A stretch of DNA of 49,099 bases, taken from the IMG/VR virus record IMGVR_UViG_3300032318_001710, positions 1 to 49,099 of that record, one strand, 5' to 3'. Within the stretch, counting starts at the first letter, position 1. Each line of letters begins with the position of its first letter. The notes under the pieces were generated by a model. The model saw only the letters and a list, made by a program, of their open reading frames with translations. It was not told where the DNA came from and did not search any database. The stretch is from a virus. Taxonomy: Duplodnaviria; Caudoviricetes. Positions 10,282 to 19,148 of the stretch are shown piece after piece. The translations under genes and the position numbers were made by a program.

Positions 10282-11060
10282 ATTGCACCTCCGAATGACA
10301 AGGTTAGCGCTGAGTCAGCCTGAGACCTTATTGTATTTGCTGAAAAAGAATATTTAACTCTTTTAATATCTGACGGCACTCCAAGTGCTTTTGACATACT
10401 TGAATTAAATAGTCTCTGGAATCCAGATTTTTTAATTGAATCATTTACTAGTCTGCCGCTAAAAAATCTTGAGTGGGCCAGTGTAAATTGATTACGTGCC
10501 CCAGATCCACCAGGACGCTTTACTGTAACTGATGCACCCTTGGGCATGAATACTGTTTCTCCGTCAATTTCAAATACAAGTCTATCGGCGCTCTTTGGTC
10601 TAATTACTAAAGGCTCTCCCTTTTCCATAATTGAAGCCTTGTTTATAAACATATGTCTGCGTTTTCCAGTTGATGCTGGCACCATTGATTTAGATGGCAG
10701 GAATTCATAGTTAATTCCAAAAGAGAGTCCGACTTGTCCAGTCTTATTTAATTTAAATAGTCTTGCTGATTTGTTACCAGTTTTCTTCCATTCATAAACA
10801 TGGTGTAAAGATTTAGGCTTGCTTCTAGCAAGTGCGTCTATGTAGTTTCCAAAATCAAGGTTTATCTGATCAAACATAATCTTGCTGAATGCATTTTGAA
10901 ATGCCTTGTTTGTTGTTAGTTTAGCTATGACTGCTGCTTCATAATATACGTATGCTGATATTTGAGCTACTGTGCTATCTTTCAACACACCCTTTTGATT
11001 TGCATACATCATTCTTTCAAGTCCGCTTGCTGCTTGAATCAGCATTCCGCTATTGTCCAA
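10278..11060 (-). CDS. Neck / tail-completion protein (HK97 gp10-like position)
   Basis: 260 aa, basic; synteny between head closure and tail terminator. Confidence 0.5.
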   Translation of the reverse strand: MDNSGMLIQAASGLERMMYANQKGVLKDSTVAQISAYVYYEAAVIAKLTTNKAFQNAFSKIMFDQINLDFGNYIDALARSKPKSLHHVYEWKKTGNKSARLFKLNKTGQVGLSFGINYEFLPSKSMVPASTGKRRHMFINKASIMEKGEPLVIRPKSADRLVFEIDGETVFMPKGASVTVKRPGGSGARNQFTLAHSRFFSGRLVNDSIKKSGFQRLFNSSMSKALGVPSDIKRVKYSFSANTIRSQADSALTLSFGGAM

Positions 11061-11478
11061 TTTGCTGATTCTCCGATCTCTTTAGAGATGAGTTATAAGC
11101 AATCACTCTTCCAAATGGATCTGTCATTGGTGTTGTTCCCATTACTTCAAATACTGTAGGGGTCTCGTTTGGATAATTAATTTCGTTCCAAATTGTATTA
11201 CCCTCGACATCTCTTACGTTAGTTACTTTTTCTCTTACCGTTAATTTTTCAGAAGTTCTTACCTGAATAACTTGATCATTTAAATACTTGTTTGAAAAAA
11301 TTTGCTTATCGCTAGATCGAGTCGTTGCAGAGTTGCTGATTACACCCTTTGCGTGACATGCAATTGTTTTATAGTAATTCCACTCTTTTACGATTGCTCC
11401 AGTATCTGGATCCTGAGTTTCAAACTGTCTATAAACATCTAAATTCATAGACAAGACAGAGTCTACGATGCTACTCAT
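11050..11478 (-). CDS. Head closure (stopper) protein
   Basis: 142 aa, beta-rich, D-x-x-T-G near the N-terminus; synteny. Confidence 0.6.
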   Translation of the reverse strand: MSSIVDSVLSMNLDVYRQFETQDPDTGAIVKEWNYYKTIACHAKGVISNSATTRSSDKQIFSNKYLNDQVIQVRTSEKLTVREKVTNVRDVEGNTIWNEINYPNETPTVFEVMGTTPMTDPFGRVIAYNSSLKRSENQQIGQ

Positions 11479-12458
11479 TATATAATCTCTGCTTTAATTG
11501 TTAAGACATAGTCGGCTAAAAGATTATCTGCTAGGGCATTTCCTGTGCCAGTGTAGGCATCTCCAGTGTACTCAAAATCCCAATCGAATGTAGATATAGA
11601 CTTTACGTACTTGTTGCGCCAGATAGTATCCTTAGAAAAATAATCTTTCATCAATTCAGCTGTTGCTAATTCTACGTTCTCAGGAACTTTCTCCCAGCCA
11701 AATCTTGCAAATACTTTGTAAGGAACTCCAGAGTGAAACACTCCTGAATAATCGTGAATACTTGGTGGAACCATTCCGTTAGCAGTATATACGGTATTGT
11801 CTACCATTCCTGCTCTATTGATTCTAATTGAATATCCGCTCTCAGAAATTTGAACTGGAAAATTCCAGTTATCAATATTATTAATATTGTCTCTAAGAAG
11901 TATGTCATTTACAGACAATGTGTGTAGTTGATAAATTTTAGCTGGCAATGGAAGAGTATCGTACTCATACCCATAAACCATCAAGGTCTCGTCATAGAGA
12001 TAAAACTTTTGACCTGTGTATTGTTCTATTTGTTTACGAGCATATCTTTCTGCTCTAATTAATTCTTTATAAGACTTATATGATGGGTCTGAAGAATCTG
12101 TGCTATATCCAAGATCTTGAATATAGTTAAAGTCTACGTATGGAGTTACTACCTGTACCTCATCTGATCTTACTACCGCCACCGATCCTACTGAGTATTC
12201 CCAATTTACTTTTAATGTCTTGTTTCTATTTGTAAGAGAATAAGGTACGTTAACGAAATATGTTCCAGGGTTATTTTCGTCTAGGGTAGAGGTTATTGTG
12301 GCAAGTATGGTTGTTGGAGCTACGGCAGGACTAACTCTTGCATCTAGCGTTACGTCATATATTTTTACAACAGGTAAAGCGTCAGCAACTGCAATGTCAC
12401 CATTCCAAAAAATCTGATGGACAATCGGTGATTGTGAATTAATTAATATCTCTGCCAT
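11478..12458 (-). CDS. Head-tail adaptor with an extra N-terminal beta domain
   Basis: 326 aa; ARKQIEQYTGQKF and GWEKVPENVELATAEL adaptor-type motifs. Confidence 0.7.
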   Translation of the reverse strand: MAEILINSQSPIVHQIFWNGDIAVADALPVVKIYDVTLDARVSPAVAPTTILATITSTLDENNPGTYFVNVPYSLTNRNKTLKVNWEYSVGSVAVVRSDEVQVVTPYVDFNYIQDLGYSTDSSDPSYKSYKELIRAERYARKQIEQYTGQKFYLYDETLMVYGYEYDTLPLPAKIYQLHTLSVNDILLRDNINNIDNWNFPVQISESGYSIRINRAGMVDNTVYTANGMVPPSIHDYSGVFHSGVPYKVFARFGWEKVPENVELATAELMKDYFSKDTIWRNKYVKSISTFDWDFEYTGDAYTGTGNALADNLLADYVLTIKAEII

Positions 12459-12472
12459 TTTATAGGCTTAGA

Positions 12473-12874
12473 TTAACTGTAGTACTCCTGTACTTCTCTA
12501 GGAGACGCTAATCTAAAGCCCTCCTCCTTATCAAAAATTTCTTGTGCTACATCTTCAGATACTGCTACGAATGGGTGTTCTTTTGTGAACGTAATTCCCA
12601 TAATATCATATCTAAAGTTCTCTCTGGTCATTCTTACTAATACTGTATCCGCTGGCTGTGCTGCTTTTGGATCAAACTTTGGCAATACTTCGATTGACAT
12701 TTCTTCCGTCTCTTCTTCAATCTTTTTAATAGTGCTGTTATATACAGACCAAGTTACTCCCTCTTCTGCAAGGGCGGCAATGATGTCGGCTTTGTTTTTT
12801 AGACCGTCGGCATCGACTGCAAAATCTTCTGCAATCTTTTTCAACTCTGCTACTTTCAATGTCTCAAATGACAT
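12473..12874 (-). CDS. HeH/Rho-N-like helical-domain protein next to the capsid gene
   Basis: N-terminal LKVAELKKIAEDFAV...KADIIAAL matches the helix-extension-helix pattern. Confidence 0.6.
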   Translation of the reverse strand: MSFETLKVAELKKIAEDFAVDADGLKNKADIIAALAEEGVTWSVYNSTIKKIEEETEEMSIEVLPKFDPKAAQPADTVLVRMTRENFRYDIMGITFTKEHPFVAVSEDVAQEIFDKEEGFRLASPREVQEYYS

Positions 12875-12926
12875 GCAAATCTCCTATTTCTACTTAAAAC
12901 AATTATAGCATTACTAAATTAAAATG

Positions 12927-12956
12927 AAAAGCCCCTAAAATTAATTAGGGGCCTTT
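12927..12956 (-). terminator. Intrinsic terminator after the major capsid gene
   Basis: GCCCCTAA-6nt-TTAGGGGC hairpin (12931-12952) followed by TTTT on the minus strand. Confidence 0.85.
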
Positions 12957-12977
12957 CCAGCTAGTTAAATCCTATAA

Positions 12978-14033
12978 TTAGGAAGCAACCTTAACGTTTT
13001 TCACTACTACCCAGGCGTTTGCCTGCTCGATTTGAACGCCAACACGAGTATACATTGTGTACTCGATTGAGTCCTTACGTGGCTCGAAGAAGCGGTAAAC
13101 AGTTACATCACGCTTGATACCAATAACTACGTTATTTGGGAATGTCAAGTGGACGTCACCGTGTGATCCTGATGGAGCTGAATATGTTCCAGTCTGTGTC
13201 TCATTAAGAAGTGGTACTTCAACAATCGGAATACCGAATGCGAATGGCGCCACATATCCTGCTGGTCCACCTAGACCTGGTGTTGCTCCACGGATTACGC
13301 TTGATGCGATGTCTTGTGGAATTGTCTGATTTGTTCCAATGCTGTTAGCATATAGGAAATCTTGAATCAGGTTTGATCCCGCTAAGAAGCGAAGATCTGC
13401 ACGACGTTGCTTGTACTTACGTGGCATTGCTTTGAGTGCTTTGTTAAACAAATCACGGCTTACGCCTGCGCCACCAGCTTCTACTACGTGTGCTGAAGCC
13501 TTTGCCTTCTTTACAACGCCATCAAATGACTTGTATAGGGCATCGCCTGTTAGGGCTGTATCGCCATTTAGAATTACGTCTTCAATGTCGTTACCTGCCT
13601 GTGTTGCCATCAAACGTGCAATATGATCTTCAAGATCTGCACCTTCGATATTATCTTCTAGAGACTCTGTTGAAAGCTCCCAGTCCATGCGGAGTTTCTT
13701 TGTTGTCAAAGAGATTTTTGAGAAAGTTACTGCGCTGTTTGAAGCGTCGTTATCACCTTCGGTTGCAAGCTTCATAAGCTTCTCACCAACGGCCATACGA
13801 TCAATCTCAGATGTGTCTGACTTCATACGAACTGTACGGGCGACCTTACCGATAACGGTAGCGTCGAACATGTAGTCCAGGAAGCGAGCTGATTGTTCTG
13901 CGTTTAGGAGACCTGCGTTGCCAGCTGATCCAGCTGTGTGGATGCTTGTGTTAGCTGCGCCTGTAACTCCTGCAAAGGTACCTGTTGCAGTTGTACCTGC
14001 AGCGATAGCCTTTTCTAAGTTTTCATTACTCAT
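12978..14033 (-). CDS. Major capsid protein (HK97 fold)
   Basis: 351 aa; ELSTESLEDNIEG, DVILNGD and FGIPIVEVP motifs; follows the protease. Confidence 0.93.
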   Translation of the reverse strand: MSNENLEKAIAAGTTATGTFAGVTGAANTSIHTAGSAGNAGLLNAEQSARFLDYMFDATVIGKVARTVRMKSDTSEIDRMAVGEKLMKLATEGDNDASNSAVTFSKISLTTKKLRMDWELSTESLEDNIEGADLEDHIARLMATQAGNDIEDVILNGDTALTGDALYKSFDGVVKKAKASAHVVEAGGAGVSRDLFNKALKAMPRKYKQRRADLRFLAGSNLIQDFLYANSIGTNQTIPQDIASSVIRGATPGLGGPAGYVAPFAFGIPIVEVPLLNETQTGTYSAPSGSHGDVHLTFPNNVVIGIKRDVTVYRFFEPRKDSIEYTMYTRVGVQIEQANAWVVVKNVKVAS

Positions 14034-14056
14034 TTTATATTTTCACCTACCTTTTT

Positions 14057-14569
14057 TTAGTTAAAAATTTCGTTCACGGAACCAAGGAAAGAACCGTTCC
14101 ACTTTGATTTTTTGATCATTACTTCCTGAGACCCGCCAAGGTCCGAGGACTTCTTAATTGCAGTCTCTGATTCTACTGCATCGACACGCTTTTGTACACC
14201 ATCAATTGTGTTCTTGATGCTTTCAACTGCTGTTGAAAGTGCTGTGTGTTGTTCTGCCAACTCTGAAATTCGGCTATCTACGCTCTTGCTGAACGTTTCA
14301 ACTGTATCTTTAATTGTTGAAACCTGTACTGCATTTGCTTCTGAAGCCTTATTCAATGTCTCTGAGAAAAATCCCTTAAGGTCGCCAAGCATTTTAGCAA
14401 AATCAGGTTCATCAACCATAACTTCTGATACGTCGGCTGCTTTTTCTAGAGTTTCGGCAGGAGCGTCTTCTACTGGTGCTTCTACAACTGCTGGTGCTTC
14501 TTCAGCAACAACTGGTGCGTCTGCTACTACAGTCTCTTCGACTGCTGTGTTTTCTGTGTTTTCTGACAC
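14057..14569 (-). CDS. Putative nested in-frame scaffold protein (170 aa)
   Basis: SD AAGGAGGT (14576-14583) 6 nt before an in-frame GTG at 14569. Confidence 0.6.
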   Translation of the reverse strand: MSENTENTAVEETVVADAPVVAEEAPAVVEAPVEDAPAETLEKAADVSEVMVDEPDFAKMLGDLKGFFSETLNKASEANAVQVSTIKDTVETFSKSVDSRISELAEQHTALSTAVESIKNTIDGVQKRVDAVESETAIKKSSDLGGSQEVMIKKSKWNGSFLGSVNEIFN

Positions 14570-15355
14570 TTCATTACCTCCTTCTATGTCTGCCTGTTTT
14601 GCAATTTGTGTTTCAGGCGTGGACAATCTTGATTTTTTATGTAAATCAAGAATCTTGTTTATTTCTTTTGCTTTGTTAACATCGTTTGACTCTACCCATC
14701 CAATTAGTGTTGCAGGCTTTCCTGTAACTGGGGAATCGTATGATGATTCTGTTGAAATAAATACTGAGTCTGAGTCTGCACAATAAAAAATGTTCTCTGC
14801 TTTTACTTCAGTTGCTATTCCTTTAAATATTAGTTCGCCGTTCATCTTAGAGATAGACAAGATGTTGCATAGCTCGTTTGCTGGAGAGTCGACAATTGAA
14901 AGTTCCATCAATGAATAATCTTTAATGAATCTTGTAGTCTTACCAGTTGCTTTATTAACTTCGTTGTCTGATTCAATAATCTTTCCGCCGATTGAGAATC
15001 CTGTTAGAGTTCCGTCTAGAACTTTTTCCCAAGTGTCCTGAGCGCCTTTAGAAACATATGCGTCAACATATACTCCGTTATAAAATTCTTGTGACTTTGC
15101 ATCATAGTATGTTTCTGGCTTAAATGAAATCATCTTGCCTACTGCGTTTGAGCTGTGCATCTCACGAATGTTTCCACGGAAATTTTCAAAAGCTTTTACG
15201 CTTGCTTCCATAGTAACGACATCACCAGTTTGATCAACGTTGTCTAGTGTTGCAAAACCTGAGACTGTACGCTTTTCACGGTTGACTTTTGTAAAGGGGA
15301 CCGATAAAACTATCTGATCGCCAGTTGAAGACCATAGGGATTTTTCAATGTTCAT
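14057..15355 (-). CDS. Prohead protease fused to a scaffold domain
   Basis: REMH, GFSIGG and ELSIVDSPAN motifs of HK97-type maturation proteases; acidic linker and coiled-coil C-terminus. Confidence 0.9.
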   Translation of the reverse strand: MNIEKSLWSSTGDQIVLSVPFTKVNREKRTVSGFATLDNVDQTGDVVTMEASVKAFENFRGNIREMHSSNAVGKMISFKPETYYDAKSQEFYNGVYVDAYVSKGAQDTWEKVLDGTLTGFSIGGKIIESDNEVNKATGKTTRFIKDYSLMELSIVDSPANELCNILSISKMNGELIFKGIATEVKAENIFYCADSDSVFISTESSYDSPVTGKPATLIGWVESNDVNKAKEINKILDLHKKSRLSTPETQIAKQADIEGGNEVSENTENTAVEETVVADAPVVAEEAPAVVEAPVEDAPAETLEKAADVSEVMVDEPDFAKMLGDLKGFFSETLNKASEANAVQVSTIKDTVETFSKSVDSRISELAEQHTALSTAVESIKNTIDGVQKRVDAVESETAIKKSSDLGGSQEVMIKKSKWNGSFLGSVNEIFN

Positions 15356-15408
15356 ATGCTTAATTTTATAGCGTTATTGACTATAACGCAAATAATGGTT
15401 GAGCAGGG

Positions 15409-16992
15409 TCAGTCGACTTGTCTTCCATCCCCTTGAGCATTTCTTCCCTCTCCAGAAATATCGGGGGAATTTGCAGACCTTTCAGAATCTCTAGTTCTGG
15501 TTTTCCCTGCCTGTGCTCTTACTTCTGCCTGTGCCTGTGGTTTTAATTCTACAACTTTATCCCCACCATCAATTGGGACCATGCCCATTCTAATTCTAAT
15601 TTCATTAGGGGTCACTACCTGCATCCTTAAATATCGCTCATCAATTTTAGATTGAGTATCTTCATCGGTCAAGGTTAGCTCATTAAATTTAAGAATTAAA
15701 GCATCTGTCATTTCTTCAATAATTTTATTTAATTTCTTTTCTAAATTCATTTGGGCTGGACGGCATACTTGCTCTCTAAATGTTTTATCGGCATCTCTGG
15801 CTACCGCTAGATTTACTCCTTCTGGAGTTCCAATTTTATTAATTGGGACACGGTGAGACAATAGAATTTCATCTCTATTAGATTTGCGATATACGTTAAA
15901 TGAAGATTCCTGAGTGCCTGCCTCAATTGGCTCCATCTTAAATTCAGTCTTAGAATCTGGAGAATCTGGAGGAAGGGGAATATACAAAGATCTGTGATTC
16001 TTGCCTCTTAGTCCAACTTGGAAAAACTCAAGTAATTTACGCTCTGACTCTGTAGAAAGCTTTGCTCCCTTTACTGTAATAATATATCTTGGAACCGCCT
16101 TATTCTCAAAGTAGTCAAGGTTATACTTACCAGCAAATTCATTTCCTGCCATAGCATTTGATGAGGCTACAATATCTGGGATTCCGTAGTAGTTATTTGT
16201 AGGTGTGTATTTCTTAAGATGAATAATTTCGTTAGGTCTATCTAGCCCGCCTGCAATTGGATTCTCTGTTTCTTGATCTCCAAAGGTGCGGAAGAATACT
16301 GCCTTGCCGTAAAGCAATTGAATAAATCCATCACGCAAACGACGAACACGCATTGTTTTTGCGGGAATATGACCTAAGTAACCAATCTTTCCAGCAGATG
16401 TTCTACCAATTTCAATGTAGCCATTTCCTGTTGCTTCAACATCTGTATAGGCCTTGATAAGTGTTTCTGTAAAAGTTTCTTCTTCGTTGCATTCTTCTAG
16501 CCAATCATATAAATCTTGGCGAAGTCTATTTAATTTTCTACGTGCTCTGTCTAATGACTTCTCATCTGAAATATTATCAAACGCTTCTTGCGTCTTACGT
16601 GTTTCAATAAAGTCATGTCCGAGACCAACAATATTTGAAACCTTAGCATTAATTGCTGAATAGTTGTATGGAGAAATTTCGTAAATAGTTGATAGATAAT
16701 CTAGGTTGTATGGGGGCTCAACAAGATCAAACATTGCATAGCCAGTAACTGCTTGTTGTAATAGATTCTGTTGTGTTTCTGTTCCATCAATACCCTGGAA
16801 TCTTTTTTGTAAATCACGATTCATCTTACGACGAAATGCTGGGCTAAGCCCTGAAATTTTTGTTAGTTCGTCTCCGCTTACCTTAAATAGGTCGGTAGTT
16901 GTTTCTTCTCTTGGAGTATTAAACTTCATCCAGTCCGCCACGTTTGAGACTACAATATCTTGAGAGTCATCATCTTCTACAAATTTTGTCAT
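15409..16992 (-). CDS. Portal protein
   Basis: 527 aa; TGNGYIEI, YYGIP, FENKAVP and TPNEIR portal motifs. Confidence 0.93.
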   Translation of the reverse strand: MTKFVEDDDSQDIVVSNVADWMKFNTPREETTTDLFKVSGDELTKISGLSPAFRRKMNRDLQKRFQGIDGTETQQNLLQQAVTGYAMFDLVEPPYNLDYLSTIYEISPYNYSAINAKVSNIVGLGHDFIETRKTQEAFDNISDEKSLDRARRKLNRLRQDLYDWLEECNEEETFTETLIKAYTDVEATGNGYIEIGRTSAGKIGYLGHIPAKTMRVRRLRDGFIQLLYGKAVFFRTFGDQETENPIAGGLDRPNEIIHLKKYTPTNNYYGIPDIVASSNAMAGNEFAGKYNLDYFENKAVPRYIITVKGAKLSTESERKLLEFFQVGLRGKNHRSLYIPLPPDSPDSKTEFKMEPIEAGTQESSFNVYRKSNRDEILLSHRVPINKIGTPEGVNLAVARDADKTFREQVCRPAQMNLEKKLNKIIEEMTDALILKFNELTLTDEDTQSKIDERYLRMQVVTPNEIRIRMGMVPIDGGDKVVELKPQAQAEVRAQAGKTRTRDSERSANSPDISGEGRNAQGDGRQVD

Positions 16993-17330
16993 CTTAGTTT
17001 ACCCAACTTTTTCATTTCGTCTTTATAGTTTCCAATATCCAAAGGATCTGGAACTAGTCCCCACTCAAGTCTTTGTTTTTGATGTTCAAAGTCTTCGTCT
17101 GATATTTTGCGCCTAGCGGAAAGAAATTTAGGCCCGCCTTCATATATGCCGTATGAGCGAACTTCACGAGCCAGAGCATTGATGAGGGATCTATTTCCTT
17201 TTTTGGACGTGACCGAAAGAAAGTTCCCATCATCATCTCCAATCCATCTGCCGTCTGGCATTTCCCAAACATATATGCCCAGGGTTGATTCTTCATCTAA
17301 AAATCTTGTATTCTTCTTAGTAATGTCCAT
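16989..17330 (-). CDS. Hypothetical protein coupled to the portal gene
   Basis: 113 aa; ATGA overlap with portal; TGGTAAAAT promoter 8 nt upstream of ATG. Confidence 0.75.
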   Translation of the reverse strand: MDITKKNTRFLDEESTLGIYVWEMPDGRWIGDDDGNFLSVTSKKGNRSLINALAREVRSYGIYEGGPKFLSARRKISDEDFEHQKQRLEWGLVPDPLDIGNYKDEMKKLGKLR

Positions 17331-17393
17331 AGAAGTTTATTTTACCATTACTTACTGTCTAAGTCCAGCTTTTTGTCAAGGGGCGTGACAAAT

Positions 17394-19139
17394 TTAGATA
17401 CTTTGTACCACAACCCAGTCATTATCATAGTATTCTGGCGCTGCTTCTGTCACATTGATGGCTGGTTCTACGATTGAGGTATAGGGTCTGCCACAATATA
17501 AATCAAAATGATTGTCTACATCTGCCTCAGCCAATGCCCTAGTATACAAAGCAATATTATTATATAAATTGTCGGGACCACCAGAAGACTCATAATTAAA
17601 TCTAAATGCTCCTGTAATTGCAGATGCAAATACTAGAACTATATGATGAGGCTCTCCTACGACCAGGAAATTGTTTACATTTGTCTGGGATGTCTTATCT
17701 ACCCCATTGACGTATAAAGCGCTTATAGAGGCCTTAGAGACCGTTTGAGAGGCATTCCAGGCATACTTAGTCCCTGATGCTGCATGATAGAATAAAGTGT
17801 TTGCTCCATTTGTTTTAGGAGTAAAAAACATTTCTACAGTACTTATGTTTAATCCAGTATTAGAATCAAATCCATATCCTGATTTAGCTCTTATTCCATT
17901 ATTATAATGTCTAATTAATGGGGAGTAATTTAATGATCCCACCATAAATTGACTATTAGATCCAATATAACTATTTGAGTTATCTGCATATATCAAAGAT
18001 TCTCTATAGAATCTAATTGAGAAATATGAAAGTCTAGGTAGGAACTTACTAGCATCTGTGGTAGACATTGTAATTTTGATATATAGGACACCGCTTGAAT
18101 TAAATGATCCCTTTGTATATTGAGGGATAGAGTTTCCATTTTCACAAGTTAGATAATTGGTTCCGTCCACACTTGTTTCTACTACAATTCCTAAATCATT
18201 ACGCCACTCAATTTTTGAATTTGTAAATCCGCTTGCTGTTGGGATAAATAAAAAGTCTTGAATGATAGATGTTTTTGCTGTAGAAGATTCGGTGGGAATA
18301 AAAGATACATACTGCCCTGCTTCATCATAGTAAGTATTAGAATCTGTTAATTCATCCCATGGCTTAGATACCCCATATATGTAATCAAAGTCTACTCGGT
18401 TGTTAATGTCTGAGCAAGAAAATACTTTGCCGCCCTCTGGTTGGGCTACATGAACTGGTTGTACATAATAGTTGCCATCGGTAAAATGTTCTGCAATCTT
18501 AGCCCCTGTTAGCCCATATCTATATACGGCTGGAGCATCTACAATAAAAGAATCGGATGCATTTGAGGTTGGTCCAATTTGTAAGTCTAGGGAAGCGTTT
18601 GTGAATTTAAAATTATTATCAATTGTTTTAATTGCTACTTGTCTGCCATCTATAAATAGTTTAATAGAGTCAACTGAATATATTCCTACTAAATGAAATG
18701 CTTTTTTAGAATAACTTACTGCCCACCTAATTTGTTCCGTAGAAGATACTTTAAATACAACATCTCCTTTTTCCCAGAACAGTCCTATGTTGTCGGCGGA
18801 ATCAGCAAAGATAGTAGTTTGATTTACAGTTTGAATTGATGGACTAACCCATGCCTCTAAAGTAAAGTCATTGTCTGAAGTATAAGAGGTTGCAAATCCT
18901 GCTCCTACTGTTGCCCCATAATAATCTTTTGTAACGGGTACAGTTATATATGCTGTATTTGTTATCTTTGTTCCAGATACTCCGCCTGAAACTAATGGTA
19001 ATATATTTGATGCAGGTGATCCTACATATGTGGCATTATTCCCGCACCCCGATGAATCGGCGGCGGTAGAACCAGAAGACTCATCCAATGGCCAAAAGCC
19101 TATTGGGTAATCTTTAATCACTTTAAGTTGATATGACAT
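17394..19139 (-). CDS. Concanavalin A-like/LamG-domain virion protein
   Basis: GFWPLDESSG, FTLEAWV, FHLVGIY...KLFIDG, plus a second LamG-like C-terminal domain (HHIVLV, IALYTRAL). Confidence 0.8.
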   Translation of the reverse strand: MSYQLKVIKDYPIGFWPLDESSGSTAADSSGCGNNATYVGSPASNILPLVSGGVSGTKITNTAYITVPVTKDYYGATVGAGFATSYTSDNDFTLEAWVSPSIQTVNQTTIFADSADNIGLFWEKGDVVFKVSSTEQIRWAVSYSKKAFHLVGIYSVDSIKLFIDGRQVAIKTIDNNFKFTNASLDLQIGPTSNASDSFIVDAPAVYRYGLTGAKIAEHFTDGNYYVQPVHVAQPEGGKVFSCSDINNRVDFDYIYGVSKPWDELTDSNTYYDEAGQYVSFIPTESSTAKTSIIQDFLFIPTASGFTNSKIEWRNDLGIVVETSVDGTNYLTCENGNSIPQYTKGSFNSSGVLYIKITMSTTDASKFLPRLSYFSIRFYRESLIYADNSNSYIGSNSQFMVGSLNYSPLIRHYNNGIRAKSGYGFDSNTGLNISTVEMFFTPKTNGANTLFYHAASGTKYAWNASQTVSKASISALYVNGVDKTSQTNVNNFLVVGEPHHIVLVFASAITGAFRFNYESSGGPDNLYNNIALYTRALAEADVDNHFDLYCGRPYTSIVEPAINVTEAAPEYYDNDWVVVQSI

Positions 19140-19148
19140 AATTCTTTT

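Noticed and set aside
16989-17330. Small terminase subunit
   Set aside because: Position is suggestive, but there is no recognisable motif and no adjacent large terminase
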